Positions 53,538-64,000 of a stretch of DNA of 64,000 nt are shown in pieces (position 1 is the first letter of the stretch; each line of letters starts with the position of its first letter). This stretch comes from Felis catus (lineage: Eukaryota), in assembly GCF_018350175.1 (NCBI RefSeq), contig NC_058383.1, positions 23,686,001 through 23,750,000 on the forward strand, in the 5' to 3' direction. The notes beneath the pieces are model-generated. The model searched no databases and had not been told where the DNA came from. It was given only the letters and a program-made list of their open reading frames with translations. Both the position numbers and the translations under genes were made by a program.

Positions 53538-54700
53538 CTTTAGTAGCAAAAATAAGTTATTGTGGGAAACAGTCACCTAAAAGAGAAACCTCCCCGAACA
53601 AGAGATCCAGAGCCGTGGGACTGAACTCCACGCTGCAGTCTGTGTGCGCCAGGACTTCTCTAGACAGGAATACACCCGACCAATCCGTCGTCCCGAGACC
53701 CCAAGAAGAAGAAAGGACCAGGCAAGCGCCAGCAGAGGGTCGGCAGTATAGACGTGGTGTTTCGTGACACAAAACAGAAGTGAAAATGGATTTAGGATGC
53801 AGGGAAAGTCACCATCTAAGCTACATGAAGACGGGGCTGGAGACTGTTGCCCATAGAGCTTTGTCTCAATGCACTTATCTTCTCATCAGATTGAAGTTAA
53901 TTGTGAAATTGTTTTCATTTCCTATCCCTTCAGGACTAGAAACTTCAGATGCCACCTATTCTGGCCAAGAGCACACAGGCTGGCTCAGGAAGAGCCCCTG
54001 CAGATGCTCTTGCTCCGGGGCCCCGTCACAGCCCTGGGGCACAGAGGCCCACCTGTCTGTCAGCCCCTCTGAGGCAGAAGAGGGATCTCCCTTCCTCCCC
54101 ACACCTTAGGAACAGGGCCAACTAGTGTTTTAGCAGTTTATTCTGAAATCCTTAAAGTTCAAGCGAGTTCATGACTGAAGGAAAATTTCTGGACGTCAGG
54201 GTCCATGCAGCCACTGCTGCTGTTTTAACTCCTAGTTTGTTCACTAGACACTTATGACCCTTCCTGCCAGGGTGTGACAGGAGGCAAAATGGACCAGTTT
54301 CTCTAATTTAGAAATCCAGCACCTGAGAAACGTGGACTGTCACTGGTTCACCAGACAGGCTGGGTGGCAGAATCCTCTGGAAAGCTCTGTAGAAGTTTAG
54401 ATACCTAGGACCCTGCCCCGTTCCTCTGGAACTGAACGAAGTCTCGGGGGTTGGTCCTAGGAGCCTATAGAGATTTTTTAGAAGAGGACTTGGATGCAGC
54501 CAGTCCAGAAGGCAGTAGGGGACCAAGGGTTCCGGTCAAATGATTGGCACGTCCGGCCTAACGCGACACAGGGACACGGAGCCAGAATATTTAAACTCGA
54601 AAGCGGCTGGAAAACGAGCATGTGTTACCGCACTGGGTCTCCCCGAAGGCCTCACCCCCCCTCCCTGCCCTTGGGGAGACGGTAGCAGAGGTCACCTCAC

Positions 54701-54778
54701 CTGATCGCTCATGTCTCCAGACTCCCAGAGGGCGAACACCTTCTGCTCGTCTGGGGATGCAGCGGTCTGTGGGGGAAA
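54701..54778 (-). CDS. POLR3E: POLR3E exon, 78 nt
   Basis: FPPQTAASPDEQKVFALWESGDMSDQ; ggttag|TTT, CAG|gtgagg. Confidence 0.93.
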
Positions 54779-57291
54779 CTAACCGAGGCCTAGGCATTAG
54801 TAGTTTGTCTTTGCCACGTGGGTCCACGCGCCCCTCACCCCTCCCAGCCCGCACAAGCCCCATTCAGGGATGGAGCCGCCCTTGTGAGACCGTGGGTTCC
54901 AGTTCCAGCTCCTGCCACTCACTAGGGCGTCAGTGGGAGGGAGCGGGACAGGCCCAGCCTCAAGTCGCCGGATGCAGTTGACAAGGTGGGGAAGGGAGTT
55001 CTGCTGTGTGTCCCGTTAGCCTGGCATTAGCTCCCCGCTCTGCTCCGACACCCAGTGTCCTCCTACCCTAAATATACACGTGCAGATGGGGCCTGAGAAG
55101 CACTCCCACCCCCACAGCCCCTAGGAGGATCTGGGGATTCCCTCTCTCGAGGGCCGTGTCCTTGTGGGTTACGGACCCTGCCCAGCTCCCAAGCACCCGT
55201 GCCACTTGGTTCAGCAGGGTCTGAAGGGGGACCAAGAAAAGGGTGGCCAGGCTCAGGGCACCTGGTAGACTGGTTTCCAGCCCTGACAACACAACAGGGG
55301 TGGCTACCACCACATAAAGCCCCGGGGGGACCCTGACACGTACAATCTCATTTGATCACTGGAAACCAGAGAGGTGGGAGCAGGGAGCTGCTCCAGGGCA
55401 GAGGTTTACTCACTGTCCACAGTCGGACGTCTAATAGTAGAAACAGGATTAAACTCAAGCCTGTGAGTCGAGTCTCCTCCTGCTCCCTGGACCTGAGCAT
55501 CCTTGTGTACACATCTGAGGTCTTTTCCTCCTCAGAGGAGACTATGATATACGGTCCCTATATCAAGATCATGAGGAGGGAGATAGATGGGAGCAGCAGA
55601 GGGGCCACGGTCTCCCAGAGATCCCAGCCCCACTAAGAGGGAGAAATAGGGCAAGGGTACCTGACAGTAGCCTACCTCACGTCCCTCTCCCATCCACACA
55701 GCACCCAAGACGGCCTGGGGCTACCTAGACCCCTTTGCTGGGGGGGCAAGGGTGCTCCAAATAGGGCAGGGCCCCCAAACCCTGGTACCTTCCAGAGGAA
55801 ACCACACCAAGGAGGCTCCCGGACACGAGGACCAGATCTCCTGGGACGGCCCCGCCAGCATGGGATCTCAGGCCTCTCATCCTAGTTTCTGTTTCTCGAG
55901 TACACAGAGTTGGGCCTTTGCCTCATCACCCAAGGCTGCAGGTGCTTCTGACCTTGGACTGCAAACATCAACGATCTCTTAAGAGGCAGCCGCAGCCCCA
56001 TGTCACGCGGTCTGGTGCCAAGTCTGGGCAGAGCTTAGGAGGAGAGAATAACCAGCACCACGTCCTGAAGCCACAGCTGACACTCCTCACGCTCAGCTAA
56101 GGGAAATGGTCCACAACACACGCTCTGCTCCTACATTTCGTCCACTCCGGGGCCCCTTCCTATGCAGGGACAGGAAGCCCCGGGGTGGGGGGAGGGGATT
56201 GTCACACTGCCACCTGCAGGCCTGGCATCAGAAATGCTAACCATGCTGGCCTGGCCAGCTAACCTCTAGCCCGGAAGGCCTGCCAGAACCCACGCACGAG
56301 CCAGTACAGCAGAAAAGAGTTCAGCCCTGGGGCACCTGGGTGGTTCAGTCGATCAGGCGCCCGACTATCAATTTTAGCTCAGGTCATGATCCCGTGGTTT
56401 GTGGGTTCGAGCCCCACATCAGCCTCGGTGCTGACAGTGCGGAGCCTGCTGGGGATTCTCTCTCCCTCTGTCCCTCCCCCACTCATGTTCTTGTTCTCTC
56501 TCTCTCTCAAAAAAAAATAAAATATTTCAGCCCTGCAGCCACTAAACAGGTTCAAATTCCAGCTCTATCACTTCCTGGTATACGAGAAAAGCTCATTTAT
56601 TTCCCTTCTTTAAAACTCGGTTTCTATACCTACAAATTGCAAAGAAGATCAAAAGATAACAGAAGTGGAGTCAGCTTGGGGCTGGGCCTGCGTGGCTCAG
56701 TCGGTTAAGCGTCTGACTCTTGATTTCGGCTCAGGCCACAATCTCACGGTTTGTGGGATGGAGCCCCGCACGGACAGTGCCGAGCCTGCTTGACATTCTC
56801 TCACTCTGCCCCCTCCCCAACTCTCTCTCTCTCAAAAAAAAAAAAAAAAAAAGTGAGTCGTCCTGAAAAAACGACAGGAAAAAGATGTGCCGGCAGAGTG
56901 GGGCGGGAAACCAGGCCAGGGAACCCGCACGGACAGCCCCCGCTCTAGGCCAAGTAGCGGCCTGGCGCCTTCAGACATCTCAGGGGGCCCTCACCCAAGT
57001 CCCAGGAGACCAAAGCCAACATCTGCCCACGTCACACGACGGCGCAGAGGCTAAGAGGCCCAAGGTCACACAAAGCCACCACACGAGAGCCAAAATTCAA
57101 AGAAAGGTCAGTGGTCCTCCCGAGTTCCCAGGCAGCCTCCAAACCGACGCCCCCAAGGCAAGCAGGGCGCAGGCCACTCCAGAGTGACGGGACCGGCCTC
57201 CTTTCCGCCACGAGCAGCGCTGCCCGCCCAGGAGCCCGCCTGAGGGCAGCCTCGTTCGTACGCCCATCGGGCCGGCGCAGGCTCTACTTAC

Positions 57292-57815
57292 AGGCACCAG
57301 TATTTGCTTGCAACCGGCGGCCAGCACCGTGTCCTGCAGCATGCGGTCCGAGATGCCGCTGAACAGCGTGTGACCAGGTGGCAGGCTGGCCAAGTGCAGG
57401 TTGAAGAGGCGCTTGAGTTCACTCAGCGTGAGCACAAACTGTCTCTGAAAGGTGGCCTCCACGAAGGCCCTCAGTTCCCGGGCCACAGGGGTGCCGGCAC
57501 AGCCCGGGGGCGGGTGCCCGTTGAAGCTGTCCCCGCCCGCCGCCCGCCCGCCAGGCAGCCCGTTGGCCAGCCTACTGTGGAGGCCGCCACCGAGAGAGGT
57601 GTCCATGGGCTCCTCATCTTCTGCTTCCTGCTCTTCCTCCTCCTCTCCCTCCTCACTCACGGGCTCCTCCTTGATCCGCACGCCGGGCAGGACCGTGGAC
57701 GCCCGCACCTGCTCCTTCCTCCGCTGCAGCTCCCGTTCCAGCAGCGCGTGGTTCTGCTGGGCCTTGCTTCTGGCCACCTGGACGCGCTGGTCCCCGGAGA
57801 CCAGCCCGGCAGGCC
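57292..57815 (-). CDS. POLR3E: POLR3E exon, 524 nt
   Basis: (G)PAGLVSGDQRVQVARSKAQQNHALLEREL...VRIKEEP...LAAGCKQILVP; ctgcag|GG, CCT|gtaagt. Confidence 0.96.
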
Positions 57816-58335
57816 CTGCAGGCAGAGGCCAGCGCTGCTCAGGGGGGCGTAGAGACGGGGCAGAGAGGGGCCCTCGGCCTGCGGACACCCCCCGGTCCCC
57901 CAGAGGGAGGGGATGGAAACAGTGCAGACCAGCCTCTCACTCCCACCTCACCCAGCAGGGACTGAGCTACCCCGGCAGAGAGGAAAGAAAGAGAAGTGGG
58001 GAGAGTCAGAATCGCACGTTGGGAGACCCCAACCAGGAGGGGTTCCCGGTCCCTGCCGGCTCCTCCTGTCCCCTCACCACTTCCTGCCGACCCAAGAGGG
58101 CCCAGAACCCAGGAGAGCCTCAGAGCGCACAGGCCCTCAGTCCCCGAGGCCAAGCATTTAACGGGGGACAAGCCTTAAGCTGAGGTCTGAGGGGAAGGGA
58201 GACGAAAGCACAGAAAGGCCAACCGATGGGGAGAGCCACACACCCCTCTCTGGGCCCGACGAGCCCCAGCAGAGCAGCCCGCCTGGAGCCAGGGGCGGGT
58301 TAGGGGCCTGCCCAGTCCGAAGCCCCCCCGCACAC

Positions 58336-58397
58336 CTGATTGTCCATCTGGCTTCTTTGGCAAGGTTTCCTTCACGAGATTATAGACTTTTTCTAAT
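58336..58397 (-). CDS. POLR3E: POLR3E exon, 62 nt
   Basis: LEKVYNLVKETLPKKPDGQS; ttttcag|A, G|gtgtgc. Confidence 0.93.
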
Positions 58398-58855
58398 CTG
58401 AAAAGAAGAATAAACTTTAAGCCACATCCCGGGTCACCTGCCTCACTACGGCAACGTTCCCTCTTGAGGCCAGGGACATCCTGGTGACCGAGGATGCCGT
58501 GTGCACAGAGCCCGGTCGCCCCTCCCCACCGCGCACAGCCATGCGGTGGGCGGCGGTGGCCCAGCCTTCTCTTCCGCGGCCAGTCTCCAGCCCGCTGCCT
58601 CGGGCCATGCAAACCCCGGCTCTCCACACGCAGCCCTCCCTTCCTGACCCCTAAGAACACACCTGCCAGCTCTGATCGGCAGGGGTAGCTGTACCAGGCC
58701 TGTGCGGGGGGGGGGGGGGGGCGGGGGGGGTTCTGGATCAATCTGCCACATCCACCAGCATGCAGGACGGGGTGCACGCAGCTCCAGTATGCTCTCACCA
58801 GCCCACACCCGGCCTAGGGGACGAAGTGGCTGTGGACGGCTCAGTAAGCCCTTAC

Positions 58856-59013
58856 TTGGCCTGGATACCCGACCACAGCATGTGCTGCCGCTGGACCACA
58901 TCTGGATGTTTCTTGATGAACTCTCCGTCGTAAGGCAGTATGAACTCCCAGCCTTTGTTGATCCTCACTACGGCCATGTGCTCCAGAAAGTCCTTCACAT
59001 CCTCCGTGCAGAG
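58856..59013 (-). CDS. POLR3E: POLR3E exon, 158 nt
   Basis: LCTEDVKDFLEHMAVVRINKGWEFILPYDGEFIKKHPDVVQRQHMLWSGIQA(K). Confidence 0.96.
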
Positions 59014-59110
59014 CTGGGGGAGGGGAAGAAGTGAGGCCCGCAGGCCCGAAAGCCTGCCCCAGCCCCCGTTCCCTGCAGGGCCCGGGCTTCTGAGGGGGAA
59101 CGTCACTTAC

Positions 59111-59170
59111 TTTAGTCACTGCTGCCACCTCTTTCCGTACCACCCACCGGCTCTGCGTGAACTTCCACAT
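59111..59170 (-). CDS. POLR3E: POLR3E exon, 60 nt
   Basis: MWKFTQSRWVVRKEVAAVTK; ctcag|ATG, AAA|gtaagt. Confidence 0.95.
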
Positions 59171-60274
59171 CTGAGGGAGAAAAAGCAGCATGTTTCCAGG
59201 GGGCAAACAAAGATAGATCGCTCCTAAGACTGTGCCCCAAACCCACGTAGTTGTCCTGGGGGCCCGAGGGCAGGGAAGACAGTCGCCGACAAGAACTCAG
59301 ACTTGACCAGACCTTCTCCCAGGCGCCGTCTGACAGCATCTTCACGTGAGAGAAAGGCTGACAGGCAGGGGCGGCTGAGGGCTTTGTGAACAAGCCTGGG
59401 AGTGGATCACCCCTGTGCTTCGACCCCGAGACCAAACTAAACTGCACAGGCACCCAGACGCTAACTGTCCAAAGGAGCTGGGACATCCGACCAGGGAAAG
59501 GAAAACACAGGCACTCTCTCCAGAGAGAGCAGCCTAAGGGCTGCCCGCGTGAGCAGGCCTGTGCGAGAGCACATCACGGTCCCCGTGCACAAGCTAAGGA
59601 GACCGATTTCCCTGAACTCAAAACACAAAGCTGAGGCCAAAGGAGGCAGTGCTGATCCCAACGGCCGGGGTTCAAGCCCTCAGGGAGGCTGTGGCAGGGA
59701 TTTAAGTTCTGGATAAGGGCAGGGGTGGGACAGGGCAATGGAATAGAGGAGCAAGCCAGCAAAAACCCACAGCAATAGTGCAGGGAACGCGTATGAGAGA
59801 AGCAGATGCGCCCAGGACCGTGGAGAATGGGATGGTCAGCCCCACCCAACGCTGGTGCCCTTCAGGTATTTGGGCCCAGTGGTCCCAGACTGTCCAATTA
59901 TTCTTAAGCTAGAAATCCGGTTTGTACGGTGATTCTGAATTGTAAAAATCAATTTAAGTCAACATAAAAAAAAAAAAAAAAAACAAGACTGCAGACAGCT
60001 CAGGCCAAATGAAACCTGTTTCTTAGCCAGAGTCCGCCTATGGGCCTCTGGTTTATAATCCCCAGGCCAGAGGAACTCAGATTTCTTATGAAGCCCCAGA
60101 CTCCAGGATTCTGAGTTGAAGGAGAAAGAAATAGGGTCCAGAGCCACACCTGCCCTTTTCCCACCACCGGGGCCAAGGTCCTGGAAGCCCTGCATGCCCC
60201 TGCCCCCCCCGCCCCCCCCCCCCCTCCGTGATCCCTACCCGACCGACCAGAGGCCAGAGAGCCTGAGCACTTAC

Positions 60275-60356
60275 GACAAAGTCTCGGCCCCTGCAGAGCA
60301 CCTCGGCAGGCACGCCGCTGTGAGGGCTGGAGGAGTCCTTGGGGTACAGGATGTCG
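60275..60356 (-). CDS. POLR3E: POLR3E exon, 82 nt
   Basis: (S)DILYPKDSSSPHSGVPAEVLCRGRDFV; ggcag|C, GTC|gtaagt. Confidence 0.95.
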
Positions 60357-62109
60357 CTGCCAACGAGAGCAGGAGCCACAGGTCAGTCCCATCCCTCAGC
60401 CCCTCTACCTGCCACAGCGCCGGCCCCCAGCTCCAAGCACTCTTTCCAACACGGGCTCGGACGGCTTCCCAGGGCCTCCCTTTTACCCTCGGAGCCTGGC
60501 TCTGTGAACACGTATGTAGAAAAGAAGCACCCCTGCTACGCACACCCCCTTAAGAGTTCTTCCTCACTGCCCTTCTCGACCTTCCGTGCACACACTGGCC
60601 CAGCCCCGAGGCCCACCGCAGTCAGGGGCTCAGAAAGAGGCCAGCCCAGGACTCGGGGAGACAGCGAGTCCTCCACGTGCGGCAGGCGTGAGGCCAAGAG
60701 ACTGGCTGTGAAACAGCACACGAGGCCTTTACCACCTGCCGGAAGGGGTGGGGTGGGCAGTGTGAGCAGGGGTGAGAGGGGTCAGGGGCTGGGACCCGGC
60801 TGGGCCCTGAGGCACGAGTGGGGCTAAAGCCTTTGGAGAGAAGAGAAGAGGACCAGCAGGCAAGCTCAGAGAACTTCAGGGCGCAGGGCGAAAGAGCAGG
60901 GTCATGAGGCTCACAAGCATAACTTGACCAAGTTCAGCCACAGACCCCATCACACCCCAGTGGGGTGTCACACACACCTCCCCAGGCCGCCCTGTGCCTG
61001 CGGTGCCTCTGCCGGGAGGCCCCTCTCCTCCCCTCCTCCCTCCACCTGGCAACCAACTAATACCCCTCCATCGAGGTCGAGCTCTGTGTCTCCTCTCTAC
61101 CCAGAATAACTAAGGGAACAGGGACCTGGCTTGTGTTGTTCACCTCTGCCACACAGACAGAAGGGACCCACTAAGTGGGAACTGAACGAGCGGAAGAACA
61201 TGGTCCATGCCCTGGATCTCTGCACTCGCTGTGCTCAACTGTAATGGAGCCCACCTCCGCCCCACAGATCTCCCGAGGACAGAGACGGTGTGAGGAAGAG
61301 AGCGGAGCAGAGGGCACGGCCATATTTACCGAACGATTTATGAATTTTGCATCATTTCCTCGCAAGAACACAAAAGGACAGGGCAAAGAAGGAGCATCGC
61401 CCACAGGCCGTGGTGTGGCAGCATGGGCTTGCAGCAGGACCCGAGGCACCGGGGCAGACAGAACACATGGCCCAGCGGGCCCTACCTTCAAGTCACAGGG
61501 ACACGCCTCAGGCTGAAAGGGCAGAAACATCAGGGCCGGGCAGAGAGCTCAAACCCCAGCTCTGTGGCTGCCTTGCTGCCCGACGTTTGGCAAGTCTCTG
61601 CCTCTCCGGGTCAGCGTCCTCTCATTCATTCATGCTGTAAATACACCTGGCTGTCCCATTTAATGGGCGACGTGCCATCCGAAGGCCTTTTATAACCAAA
61701 CACTTGTGCGGCACAAGACAATGGCCACAATGTACGGACAGAGACCGGGCATTCGTTTCCCAGGGCAAGGGCGCCACCATGTGGCAGTAACATGAATACC
61801 TTTACCATTCACTTGACCGACTGAAATGATGGGAGCTGCTGCAATGAAGGACTTAAAAATTGGAACAATTCACATTTCGATAGATTGTTCGCCTTATACC
61901 ACGCTTCCTAAAAGCGAGGCTGTATGAATTAATTTTATATTACACTATTTAACATTAACATAATTCAGGGAGCCACACTTGGCAAGGGTCTAAGATGTGC
62001 CAGACATTGTACCGAGTACCAAGGACATGAGGGAGAGTCCCTATCCCCTTGAAACGGACAGTCTGGTGGAGGAATCACAGAAGAGAAACTACTGACAGGC
62101 ATCAAGCCA

Positions 62110-62682
62110 CAAATTCAGGACCTCTGAACCCCACAGGATATGTGAAAGGAAATTCAGACTCAGACACATCTTAAGAAACTGTAAAAAGCCAAAACAAGAG
62201 AAAATCTTAAAACGAGCCAGAGAGAAGCTAGGGTAAAGACTGGACTTGTCACCAGGAACAATGGGAATGAAAACACAATGAAATTATGTCCGTGTGTGGA
62301 AGGAAAGCCATCAACCGCAAATTCTACACTCAGTAAAAATATCCTTTCTATTTCCAACTGTATCAAAACCAAGGAAATCCATCACCTGCAGACCTTCATT
62401 AAACACCATAGCACTTTTTAGGAGAAGGAAATCATCCCAGATAGAAACAGATGAAGAAAGGCAGGATGAGCAGAATAAAAAGGTAAATAAATATGTGAGC
62501 AGATCTAAAGAATATTGACTAAATACAATAATATCTTGTGGGTTTTAAATACAATTAAGGGGCGCCTGGGTGGCTCAGTCAATTAAGCAACTCTTGGTTT
62601 CAGCTCAGGTCATGATCTTGCAATTTCGTGGGTTTGAGCCCCCATGTCAGGCTCTGTGCTAACAGTGTGGAGCTTGCCTGGG

Positions 62683-62720
<38 letters not shown>

Positions 62721-63290
62721 CCTCCTCCACGCACGCTCTCTCAAATAAACTTGAAAAAATAAAAAAAATACAATCAAAATATATAAATACAACGGCATGG
62801 GAAATGGGAAGAAAATACATATAAAATATTCTAAGGTCTTTGAATTGTGCTGGATGTGGGTAAAACACAGCAATTAATATTAAACTGTGATCGGGGTGCC
62901 TGTGTGGCTCAGTCAGTTGAGCGTCTGACTTGATTTCGGTTCAGGTCATGACCTCACGGTTCATGAGTTGGAGGCCTGCATCAGGCTCCACGCTGACAGT
63001 GTGGAGCCTGTTTAGGATTCTCTCTCTCCCTCTCTCTCTGCCCCTTCTCCACGCGCATGCACGCACTCTCTCAAAATAAACAAACTTAAAAAAAAACAAA
63101 CAACTCATTAAACCATCATCAGTTATGAATGCACACTGAAATCTGTAAGGTCCAGAAAGGAGAACTTCCAAATTAGCAGGGAGAAACAAAATAAAAAAAA
63201 AAAAAGAATCCAGTAGAAGGTAAGAATGGATATAAAATGCAGGACAAACAGAAAGCACTAAGGTAGGCTTAAACTCAAAACATTGAATTT
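62110..63290 (+). mobile_element. Old L1 fragment (ORF1-region-like) interrupted by two SINEs (~62558-62770, ~62893-63095)
   Basis: A-rich sequence with agagaaaatcttaaaa..agccagagag and aattctacactcagtaaaaatatcctt, resembling the L1 ORF1 C-terminal region. Confidence 0.6.
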
Positions 63291-63333
63291 GAATGGATCA
63301 CAAGATCCGTCACAGAGTCACAGAGGGACTGAC

Positions 63334-63454
63334 CTCTTCACCACCCAGTTTCCTTGGACTAACATCGCCACCTTCTGGATGCCACGCAGAACAGCCACAG
63401 AGTCGATGGAGGGGCCCAGGAGGCTCATCAAGTTGGCAAAAGGCATGACCTTCA
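63334..63454 (-). CDS. POLR3E: POLR3E (RNA polymerase III subunit RPC5) exon, 121 nt; upstream exons lie beyond the window
   Basis: (V)KVMPFANLMSLLGPSIDSVAVLRGIQKVAMLVQGNWVVK(S); cctcag|TG, AG|gtcagt. All nine exons splice in frame. Confidence 0.95.
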
Positions 63455-64000
63455 CTGAGGAGGACACAGACAACATCAGACAAGGGAAGGGTGCCCGGGC
63501 CCGTCCCTCTCCCCTGCCAAATCTACATAGCTTCAGGTTCACTTAACCACCCCGGCATGTAAATAACACTGATGACGTGGGTAATAACAACAGCCAACTT
63601 CACTGGCTGCTTGTTATGTGCAGACACCCTGCACCTCACTGAATCCTGCAGGAAAGACCCCAAAAGGTGCTCCTTAAGGGTAGAACTATTACAAGGCACC
63701 TGGCTGGTTCAGTGGGTAGAACATGCTACTCTTGATCTCAGGGTCATGAGTTCAAGCCCCATGTCGGGCATGGAGCCTAGTCAAAAAAAAGGGGGGGGGG
63801 GGCGGCACCTGGGTGGCTCAGTCAGTTAGGCTTCCCATTTCAGCTCAGGTCATGATCTTATGGTTCATGAGTTCGAGTCCCGCATCGGGCTCTGTGCTGA
63901 CAGCTCAGAGCCTGGAGCCTGCTTCGGATTCTGTGACTCCCTCTCTCTCTGCCCCTCCCACACTCGTACTCTGTCTCTCTCTCTCAAAAATAAATAAAAC

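Noticed and set aside
57304..58183. Plus-strand ORFs of 182 and 243 aa
   Set aside because: Shadows of the GC-rich POLR3E exon

Overview
Mammalian (felid, cat-like) genomic DNA, identified by dense carnivore tRNA-derived SINEs (CanSINE/SINEC_Fc type). It holds three spliced genes. (1) The 5' part of an MFS transporter gene, MFSD13B-like, on the minus strand: two intact coding exons at 7234-7085 and 6056-5334. (2) The complete CDR2 gene on the plus strand: 5 coding exons from 12222 to 38238, 1371 nt, 456 aa, starting in a CpG island. (3) The last nine coding exons and 3'UTR of POLR3E (RPC5) on the minus strand, 63454-52670, converging on CDR2. The rest is SINEs, L1/L2/MIR fragments, a MER21-like LTR, Tigger-type MITEs and microsatellites. 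I see no prokaryote-type or wholly new system. The most notable observations are: an apparently intact MFSD13B head-to-head with CDR2; a SINE-SINE chimera under a single target-site duplication that appears to preserve a Pol III terminator; near-identical inverted young SINEs bracketing CDR2 exons 3-4; a CCAAT/CHR cell-cycle-type promoter; and a ~100-bp diverged copy of CDR2 3'UTR sequence. Exon boundaries were read by eye and are frame-consistent. Repeat boundaries and family names are approximate and from memory.
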